64,000 nt of DNA, taken from assembly GCF_009914755.1 (NCBI RefSeq), contig NC_060927.1; one strand, given 5' to 3'. Made by a program: the position numbers and the translations under genes. The notes below the pieces were generated by a model. The model did not search any database. It saw only the letters and a list, made by a program, of their open reading frames with translations, and was not told where the DNA came from. Below, in pieces: positions 1 to 10,900 of the stretch; position 1 is the stretch's first letter; each line of letters begins with the position of its first letter. Origin of the DNA: the human T2T-CHM13v2.0 reference genome, Homo sapiens.

Positions 1-143
1 GCTTGATACCTCCACCTGAAAATTCCACAAAAAGAGTGTTTCCAATCTACTCTGTCTAAAGGAACGTTCAACTCTGTGAGTTGAATACACACACACAGAA
101 AGAATTCACTGAGAATTCTTCTGTCTGGCATTACATGAAGAAA

Positions 144-2709
144 TCCCGTTTCCAACGAAGGCCTCAAAGAGGTCCAAATATCCACTTGCAGATTCTGCAA
201 AAAGAGTGTTTCAAAACCGCTCTATTAAAAGGAATGTTGAACTCTGTGAGTTGAATGCAAACATCACAACTCAGTTTCTGAGAATGCTTCTGACTAGATT
301 TTATGGTAAGATATTTCCTTTTCTACCGTAGGCTTCAATGCCCTCTAAATACACCCTTGCAAATTCTACAAAGAGACTGTTTAATAACTGCTCTATAGGA
401 AGAAAGGTTGAACTCTGTGAGTTGAATGCAGAGATCACAACGTGGTTTCTGCGAATGATTCTTTGTAGTTTTTACATGAAGATATTTCGTTGTCTACCGT
501 AGGCTTCAAAGCACTCAAAGTATTCACTTGGAACTTTTACAAAAAGAGTGTTAGAAAACTGCTCTTTCCAAAGTAAGGTTCAACTCTGTGAGTTGAATGC
601 ACACATAACAAACAAGAAGTTTCTGAGAATCCTTCTGTCCTGGTTTATATGAAAAAATCCCGTTTCCAACGAAGGCCTCAAAGACGTTTAAATATCCACT
701 TGCAGACTTCACAAACAGAGTGTTTCCAAACTGCTCTATGAAAAGAAAGGTTAAACTCTGTGAGTTGAACGCACACATCACAAAGTAGTTTCTGAGAATG
801 ATACTGTCTAGTTTTTATACGGAGATATTTCCTTTCCTTCCATTGGCGTCAAAGCGCTAGAATTCTCCACTTGCAAATTCCACAAAAAGAGTGTTTCCAA
901 TCTGCTCTGTCTAAAGGAAGGTTCAACTCTGTGAGTTGAATACACACACACAAAGAAGCTACTGAGAATTCTTTTGTCAAGAATTATAAGAAGAAATCCC
1001 GTTTCCAACGAAGGCCTCAAAGAGTTCCAAATATCCACTTGCACACTGTACAAACTAAGTCTTTCCAAACTGCTCTATGCAAAGAAATGTTCAACTCTGT
1101 GAGTTTAATGCACACATCACAAAGCAGTTTCTGAGAATGATTCCGTCTAGTTTTTATACGAAGATAGCCTTTTCTACCATTGGCCTCAAGGCTCTTGAAA
1201 TCTCCACCTGAAAATTCCGCAAAAAGCGTGTTTCCAATCCGCTCTGTCTAAAGGAAGGTTCAACTCTCTGAGTTGAATACATACATCCCAAAAGAAGTTA
1301 CTGCGAATTCTTCTGTCTAGCATTATGTGAAGAAATCCCGTTTCCAACGAAAGCCTCCAAGAGGTCCAAATATCCAGTTGCAGAATTTACAAACTGACTG
1401 TTTCCAAACTCATCTATGAAAAGAAAGGTTAAACTCTGTGAGTTGAATGCACATATCACAAAGTAGTTCCTGAGAATGATTCTGTCTAGTTTTTATATGA
1501 AGATATTTCCTTTTCCACCAATGGCCTCAAAGTGCTTGAAATCTCCCCTTGCAAATTCCACAGAAAAGTGTTTCAAATCTGCACTGTCTAAAGGAAGGTT
1601 CAACCCTGTGAGTTGAATACACACACACAGAAAAAAATTCACTGAGAATTCTATTGTCTATCATTACACGAAGAAATCCCGTTTACTACGAAGGCCTCAA
1701 AGAGGTCCAAATATCCAGCTGCAGACATTACAAACTGAGTGTTTCCAAAGTGCTCTATGAAAAGAAGTGTTAAACACTGTGAGTTCAATGCACACATCCC
1801 AAAGCAGTTTCTGAGAATGATTCCGTCTATTTTTTCTACGAAGATATTTCCTTTTCTACCGTTGGCCTCAAAGCGCCTGAAATCTCCACTTGCAAATTCC
1901 ACGAAAAGAGAGTTTCAAATGTGCTCTGTCTAAAGGAAGGTTCCACTCTGTGAGTTGAATACACACCACAAAAAGAAGTTACTGAGAATTCTTCTGTCTA
2001 GCATTATATGAAAAATCCCGTTTCCAACGAAGGCCACAAAGAGGTCCAAATATCCACTTGCAGATTCTGCAAAAAGAGTGTTTCCAAACTGCTCTATGAA
2101 AAGAAACGTTAAACTCTGTGAGTTGAACGCAAACATCACAAAGTAGTTTCTGAGAATGACTCCGTCTAGTTTTTATACGAAGATATTTCCTTTTCTACCG
2201 TTGGCCTCAAAGCGCTTGAAGTCTCCCCCTGAAAATTCCACAAAAAGTGTTTCCAATCTGCTCCGCCTAAAGGAAGCTTCAACTCTGTGAGTTGAATACC
2301 CACAACACAAAGAAGTTACTGAGAATTCTTCTGTCTCGCATTATATGAAGAAATCCCGTTTCCAACGAAGGCCTCAAATACATCCACATATCCAGTTGCT
2401 GACTTTACAAACTGAGTGTTTCCAAACTGCTCTATGAAAAGAAAGGTTAAACACTGTGAGTTGAACACACACGTACCAAAGTAGTTTCTGAGAATGATTC
2501 TGTCTAGTTTGCATACAAAGATATTTCCTTTTCTACCACTGGCCTCAAAGCTTTGAAATCTCCACTTGCAAATTCCACAAAAAGAGAGTTTCAAATCTGC
2601 TGTTTCTAAAGGAAAGTTCAACTCTGAGAGTTGAATACACACCAGAAAAAGCAGTTACTGAGAAGTCTTCTGTCTAGCATTATATGAAGAAATCCCATTT
2701 CCAAAGAAG
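144..2709 (-). promoter_or_regulatory. CENP-B boxes of HOR copy 1: 144-160, 658-674, 997-1013, 1336-1352, 1677-1693 (variant, core intact), 2016-2032, 2354-2370; 2693-2709 degenerate
   Basis: TCCCGTTTCCAACGAAR is the reverse complement of YTTCGTTGGAARCGGGA. The core NTTCGNNNNANNCGGGN was checked by eye at each site. Confidence 0.95.
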
Positions 2710-3033
2710 ACTTCAAACAGGTCCAAATATCCACTTGCAGATTCTGCAAAAAGAGTGTTTCGAAACAACTGTATGAAAAGAAAGGTTAAACACTGTGAGT
2801 TGAACGCACCCATTGCAAAGCATTTTCTGACAATGATTCCGTCTAATTATTATACGAAGGTATTTCCTTTTCTATCATGGGCCTCAAAGCGCTTGATACC
2901 TCCACCTGAAAATTCCACAAAAAGAGTGTTTCCAATCTACTCTGTCTAAAGGAACGTTCAACTCTGTGAGTTGAATACACACACACAGAAAGAATTCACT
3001 GAGAATTCTTCTGTCTGGCATTACATGAAGAAA

Positions 3034-4922
3034 TCCCGTTTCCAACGAAGGCCTCAAAGAGGTCCAAATATCCACTTGCAGATTCTGCAAAAAGAGTGTT
3101 TCAAAACCGCTCTATTAAAAGGAATGTTGAACTCTGTGAGTTGAATGCAAACATCACAACTCAGTTTCTGAGAATGCTTCTGACTAGATTTTATGGTAAG
3201 ATATTTCCTTTTCTACCGTAGGCTTCAATGCCCTCTAAATACACCCTTGCAAATTCTACAAAGAGACTGTTTAATAACTGCTCTATAGGAAGAAAGGTTG
3301 AACTCTGTGAGTTGAATGCAGAGATCACAACGTGGTTTCTGCGAATGATTCTTTGTAGTTTTTACATGAAGATATTTCGTTGTCTACCGTAGGCTTCAAA
3401 GCACTCAAAGTATTCACTTGGAACTTTTACAAAAAGAGTGTTAGAAAACTGCTCTTTCCAAAGTAAGGTTCAACTCTGTGAGTTGAATGCACACATAACA
3501 AACAAGAAGTTTCTGAGAATCCTTCTGTCCTGGTTTATATGAAAAAATCCCGTTTCCAACGAAGGCCTCAAAGACGTTTAAATATCCACTTGCAGACTTC
3601 ACAAACAGAGTGTTTCCAAACTGCTCTATGAAAAGAAAGGTTAAACTCTGTGAGTTGAACGCACACATCACAAAGTAGTTTCTGAGAATGATACTGTCTA
3701 GTTTTTATACGGAGATATTTCCTTTCCTTCCATTGGCGTCAAAGCGCTAGAATTCTCCACTTGCAAATTCCACAAAAAGAGTGTTTCCAATCTGCTCTGT
3801 CTAAAGGAAGGTTCAACTGTGTGAGTTGAATACACACACACAAAGAAGCTACTGAGAATTCTTTTGTCAAGAATTATAAGAAGAAATCCCGTTTCCAACG
3901 AAGGCCTCAAAGAGTTCCAAATATCCACTTGCACACTGTACAAACTAAGTCTTTCCAAACTGCTCTATGCAAAGAAATGTTCAACTCTGTGAGTTTAATG
4001 CACACATCACAAAGCAGTTTCTGAGAATGATTCCGTCTAGTTTTTATACGAAGATAGCCTTTTCTACCATTGGCCTCAAGGCTCTTGAAATCTCCACCTG
4101 AAAATTCCGCAAAAAGCGTGTTTCCAATCCGCTCTGTCTAAAGGAAGGTTCAACTCTCTGAGTTGAATACATACATCCCAAAAGAAGTTACTGCGAATTC
4201 TTCTGTCTAGCATTATGTGAAGAAATCCCGTTTCCAACGAAAGCCTCCAAGAGGTCCAAATATCCAGTTGCAGAATTTACAAACTGACTGTTTCCAAACT
4301 CATCTATGAAAAGAAAGGTTAAACTCTGTGAGTTGAATGCACATATCACAAAGTAGTTCCTGAGAATGATTCTGTCTAGTTTTTATACGAAGATATTTCC
4401 TTTTCCACCAATGGCCTCAAAGTGCTTGAAATCTCCCCTTGCAAATTCCACAGAAACGTGTTTCAAATCTGCACTGTCTAAAGGAAGGTTCAACCCTGTG
4501 AGTTGAATACACACACACAGAAAAAAATTCACTGAGAATTCTATTGTCTATCATTACACGAAGAAATCCCGTTTACTACGAAGGCCTCAAAGAGGTCCAA
4601 ATATCCAGCTGCAGACATTACAAACTGAGTGTTTCCAAAGTGCTCTATGAAAAGAAGTGTTAAACACTGTGAGTTCAATGCACACATCCCAAAGCAGTTT
4701 CTGAGAATGATTCCGTCTATTTTTTCTACGAAGATATTTCCTTTTCTACCGTTGGCCTCAAAGCGCTTGAAATCTCCACTTGCAAATTCCACGAAAAGAG
4801 AGTTTCAAATCTGCTTTGTCTAAAGGAAGGTTCCACTCTGTGAGTTGAATACACACCACAAAAAGAAGTTACTGAGAATTCTTCTGTCTAGCATTATATG
4901 AAAAATCCCGTTCCCAACGAAG
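3034..4922 (-). promoter_or_regulatory. CENP-B boxes of HOR copy 2: 3034-3050, 3548-3564, 3887-3903, 4226-4242, 4567-4583; terminal box 4906-4922 core-mutated
   Basis: Same motifs at +2890. 4906-4922 reads TCCCGTTCCCAACGAAG (T>C at 4913). Confidence 0.93.
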
Positions 4923-4943
4923 GCCACAAAGAGGTCCAAATAT

Positions 4944-7900
4944 GCTTCTGTCTAGTTTTTATGTGAAGATATTGCCTTTTCTACCATAGGCCTCAAAGCG
5001 CTCCAAATATCCACTTGCAAACTCTTGAAAAAGAGTTTTTCAAAACTGCTCTACCAAAAGGAAGGTTCACCACTGTGAGTTGTGTACAGACATCACAGAG
5101 AAGTTTCTGAGAATATTTCTGTCTCTTTTTATGTGAAGATGTTCCCTTTTCCAAAGAAAACCTCAAAGCACTCCAAATATCCAGATGCAGAATGTGCAAA
5201 CAGAGTGTTTCAAAACTGCTCTATCAAAAGAATGGTTAAACTCTGTGAGTTGAACGCACACATCACAAAGTAGTTTCTGGGAACGATTCTGTCTAGTTTT
5301 TACATGTAGATTCTTCCTTTTCTACCACAGGTTTCAAAGCGCTCTAAATATTCCCTTGGAAATTCTACAAAAAGAGTGTTTCAAATCTGTTCTATCAAAA
5401 GGAGGATTCAACTCTGTGAGTTGAATGCACACATCACAAAGAAGTCTCTGAGAATTCTTCTGTCTAGTTTTATGTGAAGAAATCCCATTTCCAACGAATT
5501 CCTCAAACAGCTCGAAATATCCACTTGCAAATTCTATAAAAAGAGTGTTTGAAAACTGCTCTCTAAAGAGGAATGTTCCATTCTGTGAGTTGAATGCAAA
5601 TATCACAATGCAGTTTCTGAGAATGGTACTGTCTAGTTTTTCTGTGAAGATATCTCCATTTCTATCACAGGCCTCAAAGTGCTCAAAGTATCCACTTGCT
5701 AACTCTACAAAAAGAGTGTTTCAGAACTGCTCTGTCAAAAGGAAGGTTCACCTCTGTGAGTTGAGTGCAGACATCACCAAGAAGTTTCTGGGAATACTTC
5801 CATCTACTTTTTATGTGAAGATACTCCCATTTCCAAGGAAAGCCTCACAGCGCTACAAATATACAGATGCAGACTTTACAAACAGTGTTTCAAAACTGTT
5901 CTATCAACACAAAGGTTAAACTCTGTGAGTTGAAGGCACACATCACAAACTAATTTGTGGGAATGATTCTGTCTAGTTTTTATATAAAGATACTTGCTTT
6001 TCTACCATAGGATTCAATGCGCTCTAAATATCCACTACGGAAATTCTACAAAGAGTGTTCCAAATCTGCTCTATCCAAAGAAGGTTCAACTCTGTGAGTT
6101 GAATGCACACATCACAAATATGTCTCTGAGAATTCTTCTGTCTAGTTTCATGAGAAGAAATCCCGTTTCCAACGAATTCCTCCAAGAGGTCCAAATATCC
6201 ACTTGCAGATTCTACAAGAAGAGTGTTTCAAAACTGCTCTATCAAGACGAATGCTCAACTCTGTGAGTTCACTGCAAACATCACAAAGTAGTTTCTGAGA
6301 ATACTTCTGTGTAGATTTTATGTGAAGATATTTCCTTTTCTACGATAGGCCTCAAAGACCTCTAAATACACACTTGTAAATTCTACAAAAAGAACGTTTC
6401 AAATCTGCCTATAGAAAGAGAGATTAAAATCAGTGAGTTGAATAAACACATCACAATGTAGTTTCTGAGAATGATTGTCTTCTTTTTATATGAAGACATT
6501 TCCTTTTCAACCATAGGCCTAAAAGTGCACTCAATATCCACTTGGATATTCTACAAAAAGAGTGTTGCAAAACTGCTCTATCAAGACGATTCCTCAACTC
6601 TGTGAGTTCAATGCGAACAAAACAAAGTAGTTTCTGAGAATGCTTCTGTCTAGTTTTTATATGAAGATACTGCGTTTTCTAACATAGGCCTCAAAGCGCT
6701 CCAAATATCCACTTGCAAACTCTACCAAAAGAGTGTTTCAAAACTGCTCTATCAAAAGGAAGTTTCACCACTGTGAGTTGAGTACAAACATCACAGAGAA
6801 GTTTCTGAGAATACTTTTGTCTCCTTTTTAGGTGAAGATGTTCCTTTTTCCAAAGAAAACCTCAAAGCACTCCAAATATCCAGATGCAGAATGTGCAAAC
6901 AGAGTGTTTCAAAACTGCTCTATCAAAACAATGGTTAAACTCTGTGAGTTGAACGCACACATCACAAAGTAGTTTCTGGGAACGATTCTGTCTAGTTTTT
7001 ACATGAAGATTCTTCCTTTTCTACCACAGGTTTCAAAGCGCTCTAAATATTCACTTGGAAATTCTACAAAAAGAGTGTTTCAAATCTGCTCTATCAAAAG
7101 GAGGATTCAACTCTGTGAGTTGAATGAACACATCACAAGGAAGTCTCTGAGAATTCTTCTGTCTAGTTTTATGTGAAGAAATCCCGTTTCCAACGAATTC
7201 CTCAAACAGGTCAAAATATCCACTTGCAGAGTCTACAAAAAGAGTGTTTCAAAACTGCTCTCTAAAGTGGAATGTTCCACTCTGTGCGTTGAATGCAAAT
7301 ATCACAATGTAGTTTCTGAGAATTGTACTGTCTAGTTTTTCTGTGAAGATATCTCCATTTCTATCAATCACAGGCCTCAAAGTACTCAAAGTATCCACTT
7401 GGTAACTCTACAAAAAGAGTGTTTCAAAACTGCTCTGTCAAAAGGAAGGTTCACCTCTGTGAGTTGTATGCAGACATCACCAAGAAGTTTCTGAGAATAC
7501 TTCCGTCTACTTTTTATGTGAAGATACTTCCGTTTCCAAAGAAAGCCACAAATCGCTCCAAATATACAGATGCAGACTTTACAAACAGAGTGTTTCAAAA
7601 CTGCTCTATCAACAGAAAGGTTAAACTCTGTGAGTTGAAGGCACACATCACAAAGTAGTTTGTGGGAATGCTTCTGTCTAGTTTTTATGTGAAGATATTT
7701 CCTTTTCTATCTTAGACATCAAAGCGCTCTAAATATCCACTTGCAAACCCTACAAAAAGAGAGTTTCAAAACTGCTCTATCCAAAAGAAGTTTCACTTCC
7801 GTGAGTTCAGTACAGACGTCACAAAGAAGTTTCTGAGAATAGTTCAGTCTACTTTTTATGTGAAGATATTCAAGTTTCCAAAGAAAACCTCAAAGCGCTC

Positions 7901-10900
7901 CAAATATCCAGATGCAGACTTTAGAAACAGAATGTTTCAAAACTGCTCTGACAAAAGAAAGTTTAAACTCTGTGAGTTGAAGGCACACATCACAAAGTGG
8001 TTTCTGGGAATGATTCTGTCTATTTTTTATATGAAGATACTTACATTTGTGCTATAGGATTCAATGCGCTCCAAATATTCACTTGGAAACTCTACAAAAA
8101 GAGTGTTTCAAATCTGCTCTATCAAAAGATGGGTTCAACTCTGTGAGTTGAATGCACACACCACAAAGAAGTTTCTGATAATTCTTCTGTGTAGATTTAT
8201 ATGAAGAAATCCCGTTTCCAACGAATGCCTCGAAGAGGTCCAAATACCCAGTTGCTGATTCTACAAAAAGAGTGTTTCAAAACTGCTCTTTAAAGAGGAA
8301 TGTTCAACTCTTTGAGTTGAATGCAAACATCAGAAAGTAGTTTTTGAAAATGCTTCTGTCTAGATTTTAGGTGAAGATATTCCTTTTTCTACAGTAGTTC
8401 TCAAAGTGCTCTAAATATCCACTTGCAAACTCTACAAAAAGAGTGTTTCAAAAGTGCTCTGTCAAAAGGAAGGTTCACTTCTGTGAGTTGAGTACAGACA
8501 TCACAAAGGAGTCTGTGAGAATACTTCTGTCTGCTTTTTATCTGAAGATATGCCTGTTTCCAAAGAAAACCTCTAATCCCTCCAATTATTCAGGTGCAGA
8601 CTTTACAAACAGAGTTTTTCAAAACTGCTCTATCAAAAGAAAATTTAAACTCTGTGAGTTGAACGCACACATCACAAAGTAGTTTCTGGGAATCATTCTG
8701 TCTAGATTTTATATGAATATATATCTTTTTCTACCATAGGATTCAAAGCGGTCCAAAAATCCACTTGGAAATTCTACAAAAAGAGTGTTTCAAATCTACT
8801 CTGCCAAAAGGAAGTTTCAACTCTGAGACTTCAATGCACACATCACAAAGAAGTTTCTGAGAATTCTTCTGTCCAGTTTTATATGAAGAATTCCTGTCTC
8901 CAATAAAGGCCTCAAAGAGGTCCAAATATCCACTTGCAGATTCTACCAAAAGAGTGTTTCAAAACTGCTCTATCAAAAGAAAGGTTAAACTCTGTGAGAT
9001 GAACGCACACATCACAAACTAGTTTCTGGGAATGATTCTGTCTAGTTTTTATATGAATATATTTCCTTTTCTACCATAGGATTAAAAGCACTCTAAATAT
9101 CCACTTGGAAATGCTACCAAAAGAGAGTTTCAAATCTGCTCTATCAAAAAGAAGGTTCAACTGTGTGAGTTGAATGCACATGTCACAAGGAAGTTTCTGA
9201 GAATTCTTCTGTCTAGCTTTATATGAAAAAATCCCATTTCCAACGAAGTCCTCAAAGAGGTCCAAATATCCACTTGCAGATTCCACAATAAGAGTGTTTC
9301 AAAACTGCTCTATCATGAGGAATGTTCAACTCGGTGAGTTGAATGTAAACATCACAAAGTTGTTTCTGAGAATGGTTCTGTCTAGTTTTTATGTGAAGAT
9401 ATATCGTTTTCTACCATAGGCCTCAAAGCACTCTAAATATCCACTTGCAAACTCTACAAAGAAGTGTTTCAAAGCTGCTCTATCAAAAGGAAGGTTCACC
9501 TCTGTGAGTTGAGTACAGACATCAAAAAGAAGTTTCTGAGAATGCTTCTGTCTACTTTTTATGTGAAGATACTCACGTTTCCAAAGAAAACCTAAAAGCC
9601 CTCCAAATATCCAAATGCAGACTTTAAAAACAGAGTTTTTCAAAACTGCTGTATTAAAAGAAAGGTGAAACTCTGAGAGTTGAACGCACACATCACAAAG
9701 TAGTTTCTGGAAATTATTATGTCTAGCTTTTATATGAAGATATTTCCTTTTCTACTCTAGGATTCAAAGCGCTCTAAATAACCACCTGGAAATACTACAA
9801 AAAGAGTGTTTCAAATCTGCTCTATACAAAGGATGGTTCAACTCTGTGAGATGAATGCACACATCAGAAAGAAGTTTCTGAGAATTATTCTGTCTAGTTT
9901 TATATGAAGAAATCCATTTTCCAACGAAGGCCTCAAAGAGGTCCAAATATCCACTTGCAGATTCTACAAAAAGAGTGTTTCAAAACTGCTCTATCAAGAG
10001 AAACGTTCAACTCTGTGAGTTGAATGCAAACATCACAAAGTAGTTTCTGAGAATGCTTCTGTCTGGTTTTTATGTTAGGATATTTCCTTTTCTAACACAG
10101 GCATCAGAGTGCTCTAAATACACACTTGCAAATTCTACAAAAAGTGTGTTCCAAAACTGCTCTATCAAAAGAGTGGTTAAACTCAGTGAGTTGAATGCAC
10201 ACATCACAATGTTGTATCGGAGAATGATTCTGTCTAGCTTTTATAGGAAGATATTTCCTTTTCTAACATATGCCTCAAAGCTCACTATATATCCACTTGG
10301 AAATTCTGCAAAGGAGTATTGCAAAACAGCTCTACTGAAAGGAATGTTCACATCTGTTAGGTGAATGCACACATCACAAAGAAGTTTCTGAGAATTCTTC
10401 TGTCTGGTTTTATATGAAGAAATCCCATTTCCAACGATGGCCTCAAACAGTTCCAAATATCCACTTGCAGATTCTACAAAAACAGTATTTAAAAACTGTT
10501 CTATCATGAGTAATGATCAACTCTGTGAGGTGAATGTAAACATCACAAAGTATTTTCTGAGAATGCTTCTGTCTAGTTTTTATGTGAAGATATATCCTTT
10601 TCTACAATAGACCACAAAGCGCTCTAAAAATCCACTTGCAAACTCTACAAAGAAACGTTTCAAAGATGCTCTATCAAAAGACGGTTCACCATTGTGAGTT
10701 GAATACAGACATCACAAAGAAGCTTCTGAGAATACTTCTGTCTACTTTTTATGTGAAGATACTCCCGTTTCCAAAGAAAACTTCAAAGCGCTCCAAATAT
10801 CCAAACGCAGTCTTTACAAACAGAGTGTTTCAAAAGTGCTCTAAAAAAAGAAAGGTTAAACTCTGATAGTTGAATGCAAACATCACAAAGTAGTTTCTGG

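Larger units (their letters stand above)
1..4943. repeat. D3Z1: Alpha-satellite higher-order repeat array, 2890-bp 17-mer (probably D3Z1, chr3 active array, SF1/SF01 type), terminal ~1.7 copies
   Basis: GCTTGATACCTCCACCTGAA occurs at 1 and 2891, giving a period of 2890 = 17 x 170 bp. I counted only about 7 substitutions over the 2053-bp overlap. B-box monomers are spaced ~340 bp apart with one 514-bp gap (7 dimers + 1 trimer). The chromosome assignment is inferred from the known 17-mer ~2.9-kb D3Z1 unit. Confidence 0.85.

Noticed and set aside
1-4943. CRISPR-like or prokaryotic repeat system
   Set aside because: The repeats are contiguous 171-bp monomers with no unique spacers or cas genes, and the context is primate centromere.
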